Positions 1 to 14,540 of a stretch of 64,000 nucleotides of DNA are shown here, piece after piece; position 1 is the stretch's first letter, and the number at the start of each line of letters is the position of its first letter. The DNA lies in the NCBI GenBank assembly GCA_030295235.1, contig AP026126.1, positions 744,001 to 808,000 of the forward strand, given 5' to 3'. Source of the stretch: Fistulifera solaris. Taxonomy: Eukaryota. Both the position numbers and the translations under genes were made by a program. Under the pieces are notes generated by a model. That model made no database searches. It was not told where the DNA came from and saw only the letters and a list, made by a program, of their open reading frames with translations.

Positions 1-165
1 ACAGATTACACGTTTTTTGCAGCGTCAGCCGCGCATTGTTCGACGGATGACGAAGGAGTTTGGACGGATTTTTCGAAAAGTTCTACTTCCGAACCGGAAG
101 GCCCCAAAAATGTAATTTTACCGCCGTATCCGAATGTCAGAGGCCGCATCCTAGAGACGGTCCCC

Positions 166-3100
166 ATGAGACAACTTACGGGAAAACACAAACGAAAAGA
201 AGAAATGATTCAAAAACAACTAGCTCATCGCAAGCGATCCAGCTCCGAACCTCCTCCCCTAGAAAGAACAGAATGTGAGAATGATTGCACGTGCACCGAT
301 GTATCGAACCGGAGGCTTTCCACTCCTTCACCGTTTTTCAGCCGACTGGCCAAAGTAAAGCATATGCAACAAGAGTTACGCGAGCAGCAACGGCTTACGC
401 ACTTAAACGGTCCGGTTCCGGAAAACAAAAACGGTGAAATAAGTAGTAGCCCAACAACGAACGACAATGACCCAAGTGCCGACACGATCAAAAAAGAAAC
501 TGCCCCCACCGAGCACGGAAAAGACGAAAACCGGGATATTCGACTCAACATTGTGAAACGACGAGGCGGGTCGCTTTTGAAATCTTCAAACAATGAAGGG
601 AGACAGATTGCGGACCATGATCCATCCAAGACAAAAGACGCGAATGGTCCTGTTGCGACAAAATCCATACCGCTGGCAAAGTTGCGGGAACACCGCCGCC
701 GGAAATTGGGCATAGTGACGGCTACGCCGAATGAATTCAATCAAGATAATATGCCAACCAACTCACAAAGCTCCGATAGTCTTGGTTCTTTAATAACAGC
801 ATCCACGGCCGTTCTTGAGTCTGCCGGGGTACCGAAGTTAGGAAAAGCTTCTTGGCAAAGTTCAGAAAGTCTTGGTTCTTTGGAGACCGCATCATTGCCA
901 TTATCCGCATCTGAACTTGGCGTGATCACCTACAATTCCGTTGCCCACCAAAACAGAAGAAAGAATGCAATCATTTCTCATTTGGATAGTAACATTACGG
1001 ATCCTGACTCCGATTCTAAGGATTACATCGTGTCAAACACTTCAAGTCAAGCATCCGAGAGTCTTGGTTCGCTAGAGACGGCAAGTACGCCGTCCACGGA
1101 AAGGGGCGAGATCACCTACAGCACCAGTACCGACATCGATGGCGATCGTGGTGGTCTCGATTCGGCAACCGAGACGACTAACTCGTATCCCACTTGGAGT
1201 AGTGAGAGTCAAACGCAGGAAATGCCCGGATTCGAAAAGTGGGCTACGTTCGAGAACAATGGTACCAATTCTGGTTCGTCCAGCAGTGCACATTCCAGCC
1301 ATGGGCCTTACGGAAAAAGCACATCCTCCGAGACGGATATTTTTAATCGCATAGGGGATCAATCATTTGAGGTATCTGAAAAGATGATACCGCTTCGAAA
1401 AGACGAGCAGATAGATTTGGAAGGAGAAACAGGTAATGACAACGCTGAATTGACTGGCCGTATTCTTGATGAGGATACAAAAGCCCCTCTTGCCTTATCT
1501 GCCCAAGGACCAGGAAAGAGTTTTGATTTTCGGGAAATCGAAGACACTGAAAATGTTTTTGTCGATCCATCATGGGATGCGTTCAAAGTGTACTTCAATG
1601 AGTTTGACGATGCGAAGAAAAATAACGGGGATGATATGTTTGGAATCCACAATGATGACTGGATCTCAACATCCCGAGGATTGTTTTCATTGCCTGTACA
1701 AGCGACAGAATGTGATCTCGATAGCGATGCAATGTTTCCTCGTCGACAACAAGTTGAAGAAGAGAAGAAAGACCGAGATTCTGTCTCTGTCGAACAAGCA
1801 TTGGAGATCGGACTGGTAAATTCCGACTCAAAATTTGTCGATCTCAGATGGTCTATTGTGAATGAGTGTACAGGTCATAGCACGGTTAGTGCTGGACCTC
1901 TGTCCAAAGAATCGGAAGCTGACCATGCTAACCTCCTTGATGATTCTTCAAGTGGTTGTGGGTCTTCCCGTGACAGCAGCAATTGTCTTCCGAAAAAAAA
2001 GGAAGAACGAATTCGCGAGTACAATACACTTGAAGTAGACGAAGAATCAAGCGAGGATGATAGTGGGAGCGAACAAACCGAGCAAGACGATTATCTTCCC
2101 AATTACGTCCCACAAGCTAACCCCACAGATGACGACATTTTGTCGTCGAGTGAAGACGAGGATTTGGGTGAAGATTTTAAGACCACGGAAGGATTGCAAA
2201 AAGCAACAAGCGACCAAAGTGACGTCTTCGATTTCGCTAGCGACATTCCTGGAAGTAATTCTCGTTTTCTATCCGACGAAAACCCAAATACGGCACACCC
2301 GTTGTCAGGTGTTGCTCAGCTTGCCCTCAATGTTTCAAATAATATTGATCAACCTCTGACGTCTTTGGAGGAAAGAGAGTCACTTGTCAAGCCATTATCT
2401 ATCCCTCTGGTCTCGATCCCTGTTCCTCCGCCACCACCACCCTCTCCCCGTACATCAACGCCGAAGAAAGCCCGACGCTCGTCAAAAGTGTCCAACATAA
2501 TTCCACGTATCGCTCCACCACCGTTCGAACGGATGAAGAAATGGGAAGAGGAAAAGGCTCGACCCATTGAGCATCTCAAGAAACTACAGTCGAGAAACTT
2601 GCTTCCTCCACCCCCGCCTCCGCCTCCACCGCCAAAATCTCTTTTCATCGGGGACGACCAAAGCGAAGTTCAGACAAGAAGCAAGCTGTCGAATCCAAGG
2701 GAGATTGTGCTTTGTCTTCTACAATCATTAGCAACGTAAGGATGGCTGAAAAAGTGGATACTGCCATCAGTGTTGCATCTTCGAAATTCGAAGAACAAAT
2801 TTCTGGTGAAGGTTTCGCCAACACTTTTTATACTAACGGCCGCCACTTAGAATCACTGTCCCAGCGTTCATTTGGAAATAGTAAGAGTCGACTATCTACT
2901 GCCGCCGACGGCGAAGGGCTTGACCACTTTGACTTTCGTCGGCAGAATGATCATCTAAAGAGTGAACGCAGTCCATTCAATGAAGCAATTATTAAAGTTC
3001 CTGCTTTGCTTTCGAAAGTCTTGGAGTTTCTCGGAGATCCCGTGGCTGTGTGTAGGGTAAAGATGCTAAACCGTGGGTGCAGAGAGTACGTTGAAAGAAG

Positions 3101-4379
3101 CGAGCATTTGCTGATGCGTGAAGCGGTTCGTTTGGGAGGGATGAGTATGCAGGTGCGTCCGGCATTTTGGTTGTGGGTTACGCTAGAAAAGATGGATTCC
3201 GCTGCAAACAATCGTGACGCAGCGTGTGTAGAGGAGCTTGAGAGGCAAGGAAGGGAAGGAAAATGGCACAGTGTTATTGAGAGAGACGTGGCTAGGGCTT
3301 TCGGAAATCTTCCTCCTCATAAAAGTGGAGCTCGACTACGTACTGATTCCATTGTTCGTGCGCTTGTTTCATGGGGACGAGGTCGGATGATTAAAAGAGG
3401 AGTAAAAGGAGACGGCGAAGCTCCTCCCCATCTAACGACTTCAAATTCATATGATTCCGATGTAACACCAACAGACACAGTAAGTGACTGGGGTGCTGTT
3501 GCTCCCGCATCGAGTACTGCGAGCGAATTAGACGAGTCTCTGAGATTCAAACAAAACAATGAAATTCTCTCAAAGCATGACGACGGAAGAGGTGAGCTTG
3601 CTCTAAGTGGAAGTGTTTTACGAGATGACCTTAAAGTTGAGCTGCGAGGAAAGTTACGCTTTGTCCTGCACGCCCTCGCCGCATCGCATCCCGATGTAGG
3701 CTACTGCCAAGGTATGGATTACGTTGTAGCTCACCTACTGCGAATTTTGCAAGAAACCATTCGTTGGAAGGCAGCGGTAGGTACACTACCGGAAATTATC
3801 GAATCGGCACCACAATCTATTGGCATCGATGGCCTCTCGCAAGAAGCATTGGCGAAGCAATATTGTAAGATCGACCAGACTTTCGTTGTCGAAGAGACGC
3901 TGTTTCACGTAATGGAATCGTTCTTCGGCACGTACAATTTGCGCCATTTCTATTACCCCGAGCTACGTTGCTTAAAAACATGCTGTCGTGTTTTTGAACG
4001 ATTGATTCAATTGAAACTGCCCGTGCTGGCCGACCACTTTGAACACCATGAGTTGAATGTTGGACTTTTCGCCCTTGGTTGGTTCCAAACACTGTTTCTC
4101 TACCTACCTTCTATGCCATCAGCCACCGTTTGTCATATGTGGGACATCTGGCTAGTCGAGCGAAGCTTTAAAATATTCTTTCGTGTGGGCACTGCCATTC
4201 TTTTCTTGAGTCAACCGATCTTGCTGAACCACGAGTTAGAGGGTATGATGAGTTACCTGAACACTTTTCCTGATGCAACACTCCTGAGCCCCGATATCTT
4301 AATCGCTTGCGCTCTCCAAATCAAGGTCACAAATAAGCTGCTGATGGAGTTGGAGAGAGAAGTGATTCGCACCATGTAA
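166..4379 (+). CDS. Rab-GAP TBC-domain protein with long disordered N-terminus (ORFs 166..2739 and 2712..4379 joined by a probable frameshift)
   Basis: TBC motifs IERDVARAF, GYCQGMDYV and a C-terminal WFxTLF...WD block. The N-terminal part is Ser/Asp/Pro-rich low complexity. The two ORFs overlap in different frames. Start uncertain (166 or 206). Confidence 0.8.
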
Positions 4380-4611
4380 ACGTCCAAAGCACGCTTTTGA
4401 TGTGTCGCATTGTGTCTTAGTAATGTATTATAAATTAATTTCGTTTTTGATGAGCATTATGTTTTAATTTTATGTCTCACTCTTATTTTTGCAAAGTGAA
4501 GACGCTATGAGGACACACCTATTACGATATCTTATTGCATCACGTTGAACTCTATCTTAGCAAATTCTCTACGTGGATAGGGTAGTGCAGTTCAACAGAC
4601 TTTAGTAGAGT

Positions 4612-5331
4612 TTACTCGTAAAGCCAGCTTTGAGAGTGGCTTTCCCAATCCAATACTTCCGATTCGTCGAACCACAAAGCGATCTCCTTGTTGGCATTCT
4701 CAACGGAGTCACTACCATGGCAAATGTTGCGACCGACTTCGATGCAGAAATCTCCTCGAATAGTTCCAGGAGCCGACTCGAGAGGGTTTGTTGCTCCCAA
4801 CATTTTACGACCCGTCGAAACAGCTTCCTTACCTTCCCAAACCATGCTGACGACCTAAGTGAAACGGAATTGATGTCAGGTGTTGTCAACGATTTCCTTT
4901 TCGATGGTGATTGTGAGATCATCGTCACTACAAAGTACTTACTGGGCCAGAGAGCATGTAGTCTCGGAGCTTAGGGAAGAATGGCTTTGAGGTAAGATCG
5001 GCGTAGTGTTTCTCCAAAAGTTCCTTAGTGGCCATGCGTGTTTTCATGGCGACCAACTTGTAGCCCTTGGTTTCGAAGCGGCTGATGATGTTTCCTACAA
5101 TGCCTCTCTGAACTCCATCAGGTTTGATCTATAGCAAAATAACAATGCCGTGAGAGCGCGTTCCGTAACGAAAGTAATTAGAGCCGACCACGTCACATAC
5201 CATGATGTAAGTTCGTTCCATTGCCATCGAAAGTGAATTCACCGAGCGAGGGCTGCTGACGAAGGGGTTTTCGGCACAAAGGCCGAAACGGAGGAGACAA
5301 TAAGAAAGGCGAGGTAGAAAATTCGGTTCAT
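4612..5331 (-). CDS. NDK: Nucleoside diphosphate kinase, plastid-targeted; introns 5129..5200 and 4855..4942
   Basis: Spliced product [15 protein letters not shown]...[14 protein letters not shown]...PGTIRGDF...[10 protein letters not shown]. The ATG at 5331 gives [19 protein letters not shown] (signal peptide + F), with a frameshift near the aaaacccc run. Confidence 0.92.
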
Positions 5332-5923
5332 GGTAGACAAGAGGCGTCAATGAATGAAGTTCCAACAAATGAATGTCAAATAATGGTTTTGTCGGATGTT
5401 TGATGTCTTGATCCGTCGAAAAGGCGAGGGTGCAACTCGAAAAACACGTCACTGTGGATCTACTTGGTATGGTGTGGTACCCAAGACTATGATCTTTATA
5501 TAAATCATGACCCGATGTCACTGTCACATCATGTGGAAATGGTTATGAGTACGGTACCTGGTACCTACCTGTCGCGGATAAACGGACGAATAACAAGCCA
5601 CTTTCTGCAGCTCATAACCTGTTTTCTGTGATCGGGAAGCGAAAATGAGATCCGACCCAAAAGACGAGCGACGGTCAGTCGATTGCTTTCCTCACCGCGA
5701 GAAAAATTGCCCGTGGTGCAACTCTCGTCCGCCGCGCCGCCAAGACTTTCGAAGCTTATCTTGATGTGCACAACAAGAAAGAGATAAAGAGATCAACCGA
5801 TTCATTTGATAAAACAAGGTGAAGACGAAGGATCAGCGCGAGTCACTAAGCCAAAGTACATTGCAGTGCACACTACAAGCTACTTGAATTGTATTTACTT
5901 GACCCGAAAACGATCGCGAAATC

Positions 5924-6833
5924 ATGGCCGACGCCGCAGCATTTTTGCCAGCAAGAAGAAGAAAAATAAGAAGGCCTTCACGTTCAATGCGAACCTGGTC
6001 GATGCATCTACCGTAAATGCGACTGTGCATGTGTAAGTAATAACGCGGACGATCCCCTTCGTTGCCACCATTTCTTCTCACTTTTGCAAAACAGAGAAGC
6101 GCCAGCTTTATCGAATGAACACGATGTCATTGCAGAATCACTCGAAATGAATGAAAACAATAGCGAATGGGATGAACAAGCAGTAGTAGGAGCAGCAAAC
6201 CAACTTAGAAGCGCATCTGACGCAGTTTTGGATTTCAAAGTAACCAGCAGTAACGGTATAGACACAGACGACATTGCGTCAAAGTTGCGAATGGAGGAAA
6301 CAAAGGCACAGCTTGCTGCCGCAAGGGAGGGTATGGAGAGAGAAGCATTGAAACTGAAAGAAGAGCGCGAAAAGAAAGAGAAAGCAAAAGAAGAAGCGTC
6401 CAAAGCTGTCGGTGGCGGACCTGCAAAATGGGTTGCACCTTCGCTGCGTCGGCAAATGGGGACCGCCGGAGATGCTAGTAGACCGAGAATGGGCGGCAAG
6501 TTAAATGTTGAAGATGAAGAACTATTTCCTGACCTGGCTGCCGCGGGAAAAATCTTGGAACAGAAAGAAAAAGAATCTCAGCCTTTGTTCAAGCCTGCCA
6601 AGAAAACACCTGTGGGAGGTGGAGCATCATGGGCATCGAAATCGACAAAGGCAGATGAGCCAGCTGTGGTAGGGGAGTCTAAGGTAGAGAAGACACCTGA
6701 GGTTGAACCTGAACCTGCTGAAAGCGAACCTGAAGTAATTGAGGTGCTATCACAACCAACTATCCCCGTTGTGAAGAAACCTGTCGTCAAAAAGAAGAAG
6801 AAAGATCTATCTACCTTCAAACCTAGCTCATAA
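5924..6833 (+). CDS. CDV3-like Lys/Glu-rich protein; intron about 6033..6093
   Basis: N-terminus reads MADAAAF(F)ASKKKK after a 1-bp T-run correction; internal KWVAPSLR and EELFPDLAAA motifs are typical of CDV3-like proteins; GT..AG intron. Confidence 0.6.
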
Positions 6834-6920
6834 GTCGGGAGGGGAGCGAGCAATGCACACACTCAATAGAGTCTTTATCGGTATTAAGTTAAGCTTCAAC
6901 ACCTTTTCAGAATAGTCTTT

Positions 6921-7439
6921 CTACTCTTCGTCGTACATCAACGTTGGTGATGATGACTCATTGCTTTCTTTTCGAAGGCGCGGCTCTAGATTTTTTTGGA
7001 TTGCCAGCGGTCCCTTAATCCCTGCCAAACTGAGTATTTTATATTCGACATTTTGTGATCCTCGCTTAGACGTAAAGCTTGTAATATTGGAAGCTTTTAC
7101 AGCTTGTTTCTTTGGTCCAAGTAGAACTTTTTGATTTTCATCGTACAGTGTCCATTGGAGATCTAATGCTACTTTCCCAAACACACCCCAGGTACACATC
7201 TGCAACCACTTATTACCGATGGAACAACGCAGAATGGCAATGCTCAATAGCAGACCAGGATCCTTTTTGTGGGGTAGATCCGAGACGAACACTTGTGTTA
7301 AGCCTTCATTGAGAAACTCGGCGACTCGGTGCGCCAGGTCGACGGAGATGTCTGCTTCAAATATCCTTCCATCCAGAAACACTTCAACCATCCGTATATG
7401 ATCTATCGAATGCTTGGGGAGATATCGTTTTGGCGCCAT
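6921..7439 (-). CDS. Hypothetical protein (~170 aa, alpha/beta; loosely DUF4410-like)
   Basis: Intact ORF from MAPKRY with globular composition; family guess is weak. Confidence 0.45.
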   Translation of the reverse strand: MAPKRYLPKHSIDHIRMVEVFLDGRIFEADISVDLAHRVAEFLNEGLTQVFVSDLPHKKDPGLLLSIAILRCSIGNKWLQMCTWGVFGKVALDLQWTLYDENQKVLLGPKKQAVKASNITSFTSKRGSQNVEYKILSLAGIKGPLAIQKNLEPRLRKESNESSSPTLMYDEE

Positions 7440-7899
7440 GGTAAGGTATAATTCAAATATTCCGAGTTGGCTTTTGGGGGTGTGATTTATTTGGATTGTG
7501 AGATTTTGAGTCGTGCATCTCTGTGCCATTTTCCCATTCCGTGTAAAATTGGCATGTCATTCTAAGCAGTACTTTGTAGTCACTAACTGCTACACGCAAA
7601 CCGTGTTCCGTACCGGTACTGTACCTAGCGTACCGTAGTGGTCTACGTGAAGGAAATCTCATTTTTTAGTCATGAGCTTAGCTCGAAAGTTGGTCCAGTC
7701 TGTCCGTGCATCCTGTACGACATTTCCCAACACACTGCGACAATAATCAATACCTTAAGGTTACCGATCCGACGAGACATGCTTTCCGCACACTACTATT
7801 TTGAAAAATTGTAGCAAACCGTGTTTTTTGGCCCCAAGGGTTTTTGGCCCATTTTGTTGCCACTTCTATTAATGAGTTACTCTTTTCTTTGAGAATGAA

Positions 7900-9188
7900 T
7901 TGTACGTCATGAAAGCACTCGAACTCCCTCCAATTCTTTCCGCTGCTCTTCCTGGTATTCGTTGGCCGCTCGAAATGGAAGCGCCGCCATTACATTTTCG
8001 TTCTCTGGACGAAATGAAGCAGATACGCTCCGGAAAATTACCTGATTTAGAGCTTTTTCGAGATGTGCCCGGTTCCCTGGATTCTTTTTTTTCCTTTGCA
8101 CGAAATGAAAACAGAAACTCGTCATTTCGGAACCATCTCGATAGCGCTGATCCTGCTAGGACACGGTCTCACCGATGAATGCCACGATTTAATTACACCA
8201 CTCTCTTGGCCCAATGATATTCACTTTGCTCATGGTCCCTCTATTTACCATGAAGTATTACCTTCTGCTAGGGCATACGCATCCTATGTACATTCGCTGG
8301 TTCATCGAAAGGAAGCATTTCATCATGGAGAGTTTGGTCTGATGGGTTTTCAGAATGCGAACTACTGGTCGAATGCAGCGAATTCGCCACCCGGAGTCAA
8401 TAATCTGCCTCACACTGATCTGCATCGGGAAATCAGTTCGTTGGCAGGGGGAGTTTGCGGATCACGAACCGGTGAAAATTTGGTGCTCTACAAATTTGGA
8501 TGATACGTCTCCCATCTTTGACGCCCGTATGCTGCATCAACTTTGCGCGAATGTGCAGAAACAAAACCCGCGAGATTCGGTAATGCGAAATTTTGCTGAA
8601 CGGGCTGTGGAGTCGGAGATTCGCGTCCTCTTGACCAAGACGCTTCGGAATGCAGGATTTGTGTTTCAAGACAGTGTTGTCCTGCAGAGACACACAGACA
8701 GCTGTATAGTGGAAGTAAGTACCGAAGCCGACTTGGTGAATATTGCTCTTTCAGCCTCACGCAAAGTATCCAGCGCACACCTTGATCAGTTCCGCTCACA
8801 AGGCTCGGTAATTCTGCGTGGTATTTTAAATTGTCCAGTCAACAAGTCGAGTGCCATAGCGGCCGCAGCAGGACTTGCATGTCGATTACTGGATTCACCT
8901 GGGTGCAAGCTCATGACCGATGCGAATGGCTCTCACAACGAAGATGTCGTTGAAGTTGGTTTTTCCTTTACAGAGCAGACTCTTGATGTTGGAAATGGAG
9001 CGCTTTATCTCAGAGACGGTGATGCGTGGGTTAGCGAGAAGAATATTAATCACCCGTCTCTGACAAAATATTCTTTCGAAGCGGCTTCCAAGGAATCCCC
9101 CGATCTGGCCTTCCTTAATCCCTTACATGGAGCACGAGGAGAAACGCCGACGACTGTAGCTCAGTGGAGCAAAGGAACAATATTTTAA
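7900..9188 (+). CDS. Conserved hypothetical protein (three overlapping ORFs, two frameshifts)
   Basis: ORFs 7900..8178, 8063..8503 and 8355..9188 tile in successive frames with homopolymers at the junctions; motif D-ECH...YVHSLVHRKE...GFQNANYW. Confidence 0.6.
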
Positions 9189-9265
9189 AGTGCTAAATTA
9201 TTGGGTAACGATTAAGTGTGCAATATATTTATCTTTAGACAACTGCACAAAGTTTTCATCCATTC

Positions 9266-12200
9266 TTAAAGAATCATGCTACCGCATTGGATTTCTAGCA
9301 AGTTGTCGAAAATCAAATCGACTGTCGATCCTATCGATGCTGCAAGATCTTCTTGTTCAGCCACAGGTAGATCAACAAATCGAATAACCAAATCCCCATC
9401 AATAACACTCTTCTTCCGGTAATTGCTTCTGCATCCACCTCTGCGAGGTGTTCGCCGGTAGAGTCTCCAACCTCGAGGGTTCAATGCACAATCAGCGTCC
9501 AGGGCGTTCGCCATGACTGACTGCAAAGCTGTCAAGCGCCAAAAAGGGCTCACTAATCGGCACAATGGCAGCCATTGTGCCGTCCGTGGTACCATAGTGA
9601 ACTGCGAGGCGCTGGTCATCGTCCGAACGACCGAAAAACGTATCTTGTTGCTTCAGTGCAGCCCTCGAGCTGATCGGTGTGGCGCTGTGAATGATAAGGC
9701 TCGACCGGCATTGATGAGACTTGAAACAAGTTGTCTGATGGCCGACATGACAGTCTGCTCTGCAAACAAGCTTGTTACCACCACGAGCAGCTGCCTCTCC
9801 TGGTGCGTATTGGACAAACGTTAGATTCTGCCTATCATCGTGACACACTATTGTCTTCGAGAAAGAACAGAAAGTTAGAAGATGACGGAAAACGAAAGCA
9901 CATACACTGGTGCTTACCATATTAGGTCCTCGAGACATTAGACCGGCAGCGTATACTGGAATTGGATCGTAGTCCTTCGCTAGAAGCGTCAGACTTTTGT
10001 CAGATTCCCTCCATACAAGAAAATAAAGAGAATCGTAAGCGTCACTCAACAGAAAGAAATTTTTGAAAAGTTGAATATTTGACACCTCCATTGTTGCCCG
10101 AAAGAAGCCCACCTGCGTCAAGCGATCATTGCCCCATTGCTCAATGTTAATATCAGCTCCGGCACCAACAACTAATCGATTTTTCCCATCGATAGAAAGG
10201 CACTCCAAAGTGGTGACAGGACCGTGAAATACTTCTTTTTTCATAGCGAAGCTTCAACTCCGCTACATCGTCAAGCTTCTTGGTCACCGTAAAGAGAAGC
10301 GCTCGGCCCTTTGAGCTGACGTCCTCACCGTTGTGATTTACGATACCAGTTCCAACAGCGATGAACATTGCGCTCTCGAAATCAGTTTCTTCTTCTAGCT
10401 CAGCACTAGCGCTACCCGGCTCCACCTTCATGTCAGATAACGACATAACTTTCAATGTCATTCCATGTTCGTATTCGCCTAATTGAAAGGAATCAATGAC
10501 TGTCCAACCTTTTGCAGCGTCTACAAGCCACAAAGAATATGCGGAATTTCGAACCGGTGGTGCTCCTCCGAGATCGAGATCGATATCAAAACAATTTTCT
10601 CGATCAATTTCCTCAACCCATTCGCTGTGTATATCGAAGCCACCGAGATCCGCTTCAACCTGTTTTTGTATCATCGCTTGTTCCTTTTCCTCTTCCAATG
10701 CTATCCTTTCTTCAGCTGCCAAAGTGTCGGTATTCCATTCACTTTGATCGGCTTCAAATTCTTTCGAAACTAATACTGCGTAGAGAGGATGTGACCCCCT
10801 TGAGATGGACGGGTCGTCGATGAATTCAATGTGGCGAATAGTTACTCCCATTGGAACCTTCTCAATAAAAGTTCCACAACCAGATATAATGCTTGGATTT
10901 TCAAATCCACTTGAAAGGCCTCGAAACAAAGTGATTCTCTGACTGCCTACTTTTCCAACACGTTCATGCAAGGTCACGAACCCTGCATCGTGAGAGGATT
11001 CTGAAAAAAATCCCGCGCAGTAAGCCCGAAGCGGTTTATCAGTGCCACCCGCGGGAGCTGCATGTCTCGTGCGGTGCAATACGTAGGATGGCGCCCCCCT
11101 TTCAGCAATAATCCACATGGGTCGGTAACCCGCAATAAAACAGCCATCTTGGCCAGATAGCTTTGTCACACGATGAAGGGCGTTTGTTGAAAAAGTCGGA
11201 ATATCACTCTCTCCTTGGCTAGAACAAACTTTCTTCCTAGAAAGTTTCGCATTATGACGATCTTGTTCTTTACTTCGACGCCCCGCGACACCCAGATCAA
11301 CCTTATGAAAAGATGTGGGATGACCAGAAAGTTCATTTTTTGATTGTTGGTAAACGATTACATCGCCAGCTGTTGTTTCGACAGCAAGACACATAGTGCG
11401 GCTCAAGGAATTTTCATCGATGTTTGACGCACCCATAAGGAAAAATCTCAGTTCTTTAACACAAACCAATGTCATTGAAGGAAGTCGGTGTTCCCCTGGT
11501 AAATCAAACTTGAGACAGTCAGTTCCCAGCCCGCAGCCGAAACTTTGCCAGCAGAGTCGAAGCTTTCCTCGGTCAGCTGCATAAACCTCCAACGCACTTG
11601 ACTGTCTACAAATCGCAACGAATAAATTCTCCTCAGTACTCACAGACTCGCCGCATGACACGTCCCGTGCGTTTCTAAGAGATTCCGCCGCTCTCGATTT
11701 GGCCGAATAAAGAAGCTCATCTTCTTCATCTATTATGGACCATTGGTTTTCAAAATCATGCAAAGAGCTTCTCTTTATTTCAGTTTGTCCCATGCCTTTT
11801 CCTGTGAGTTCAAAGCTGGAGGGAAACGTCGAAGACGGAGCTACGAAGACATCCAGCCCAACAATTGTAGTACTGGCATAGAATTCTTTTCGACGAGTCT
11901 CCTCTGGATCATCGTCGTCCATGTCCATTGGCACTGCAGTTGATGAATCACTTGTAGTTTTACCAACGTCTAATATTGATGTAATGCCATTTTTGTTGCA
12001 CACAACAACAGTTGCCTCACCGGATGTCCACAGGCAGCCAAAGGTGAGAGTTTGTTCATCGCCGTGACTCTGCTGTACAAACGGTGTCAAGCTAGATATT
12101 GAGCATTCAACCTGCATGTCGATGAAGCTTTCGTTGCGAAAGCGAAAGGACTTGTCGAAAATTAGCAAACGTAGTCTAGCTTCGTCGCTCTGTTTGACGC

Positions 12201-14224
12201 ATACGGCAAAATGTCCATCGGTGAACTCGCCAGTCCCAAGTACTGTTGACTCAAACACTATCCCGCCATCTAATAATCCATTGGGATCGACCTCACAAAA
12301 ATCAAACAGGTCCTCGTCACTTTCGTGGGAGGAAACCTTTAGCACTGTCGTCCCGCCTCCGCCGCGAGGTGAAACTCCAAGGAACAGATAACCCGCAGTG
12401 GGTGCACTGAACATCGACACAACATCAACACAATCGTGCTCAGAAATAATCATTCTATCATCGCGACCAAAAACTGTGGCTACAGCTAAGCCTCCACTTG
12501 ATCCGTAACCACATGGAAAAATATGGGCAGTTGCACCGAAAATGCTGTCGGGACTTTGTGTGGTGGTATCAAGACTCTCTAGTAAAAAATCTGGTGCTTT
12601 TGATTGTGGTCCAATGCATGATGGGCCCAAAGGACCGAGGTTGACAATCATGTCGAGCGGCGTCAAAGCTCTGACAAGCGTGATGCTTATCAATCTGGGT
12701 TTTTTCCTAGGATTAGCCGAAATATCATTTTCCTCATCTTCATTGTCACTGGGTTGAATCAGATGAGGCTCCGAATCACCCTTAGAAACAGGAGCGTATA
12801 ACGCTTCTTCTTCAAGCCTCAAAAGACGCTCGTATTCCGGATCCGTCGCATCGTTCTCTAGGTTGCTGTCATTGTTTTCTTCCGATTTGATAGACAAACT
12901 GGCGTGCAGTTCCTGCTTGATGCTCTTCATGGTGAGACTTTTCGTTTCCAACGCGTAACCAAGAAGAAACGAGTCACCTAAGCGGCTTCCAGCAAACACG
13001 ATCCCTAAAGAAAACTCCGATGACTCGGCAGATGGTTGCATCTTGCGTAGTAATTCTTTGGCCGCGCCTTCCATCGGCAAAGAGGTCAACAAAGTGACCT
13101 CACCAACAGTGCCGAGCGACTGACCCAACGGTAACAACGTCCATGCATCCACCGCATATTGCAGAATATACAAATGGCCCGCTCGCAACGATAGAATCGC
13201 CGTCGTACTCGAAATTGCGGTTAAGCAGGAACCGTCTAATTGCAATGACAGCTTGAGTAGAGGATTGGGAGCGATAGCTGACATGAGACTTGCTGGACAC
13301 GTCGATCTTGCCCACCCATTGACTGCCATTACTTGGTTTACACTACCAATGCAATCTAAAAACACCAGAGTATTCGCGCCGACTACCACCAAAGCATCGC
13401 CGATGAATTCTACGTAGAGCGCATCGTTTGGGACGGGACGACACCATAAAACAGCTGCACGATTGTGTACTACGCTGACCGATAATGCGGTCAAGTAAAG
13501 AGGTGTTGCACCTCCTTGTCCCTTTTCACGTCCCAAACGGCCACTCCAAATTTTCCCAGCAGGATCGGAGTGCAACAGTACGAGCGTCGCTTCTAAAAAA
13601 GCCCGATAAGAATTTTACCCCCAGTATATCACCAAAGCCAGTTGTAGCCGTACTCGCGGGTGTATCTACCATATATGGTAGTGAGGAGCGCGACAGCGTC
13701 GCTAGTGGTAGCACATAAGGATCAGTCACATACCAAGATCCTGCTTGACTATGAATTTCCATAAGCGCAACGGCAATGCCTCCTCCCATGTTACAGGCTA
13801 CCGTCATAGGTTTCTGATTTTGAACAGACACCATCATATCCTCTTCAACACAAGCTCCGTGACTGTATTGTGTCAAGAGAGTCGTTAAATCCACTAAACT
13901 TTCCGCTCGGAGCCGACCATCCTGAATGGTGAGCACCGTCAATCGCGGAGGACCAGCAAAGCCCACCAACAAGGCGTCCTTTTTCACACCACTTAACGTG
14001 GTCAGAAATATAATTTCACCCGCTAGATTTCCAAAGAAATATTCAAAGCGCAAGGTACCGTCGGGAGTGACGCTGTAAACGTGCAGGGTGCTCGCGGATG
14101 CCGTGACAAGATTGGGGACATCGTGGCTGGTAATGTGAGCCCATGTAGCGAATTCGGCGCCCCGTGATCCTTTTGTCAGTGAGAGAATACACGGATGTAC
14201 GGGACGAGATGCTGGAGCTGACAT
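9266..14224 (-). CDS. CPSF1: Cleavage and polyadenylation specificity factor 160 kDa subunit (frameshifts; intron about 9855..9917)
   Basis: Motifs FAGSRLGDSFLL, NLGP, IAVGTG...GEDVSSKGR, LLAKDY, GGNKLVCRADCHVG, LNPRGWR, IDGDLV; ~1600 aa beta-propeller architecture. Confidence 0.92.
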
Positions 14225-14540
14225 TTTTATTATATCATAAATATTGATTAAAGAAGAGATACTACCTGGAACAGCTTTGTGTTGATTGGTGATCCACCGC
14301 CAAAGCTTTTCGGTCTCTGCAAGTACCGTACGTAGAACGTTGTACAGTACCTGTACAAGTACAAAGCATCTCTACCAAGTATCCGCGGCCCGATTATCCG
14401 CAAGCCGCGAGGTGCAAAGCTTTGTAAATTTACTCTCTATCAAAGTGTAGGCGAAATATTACAGTACGACCTCAACCGTTACCCAATAACGGGACTGAAT
14501 GTATGCTGAGTCGGAAGAATATTCTCCATAGCAAGAAAGC

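Noticed and set aside
760..1095. Repeated SSESLGSLETAS segments in the TBC N-terminus
   Set aside because: Three short degenerate copies within a disordered region; ordinary low-complexity duplication.
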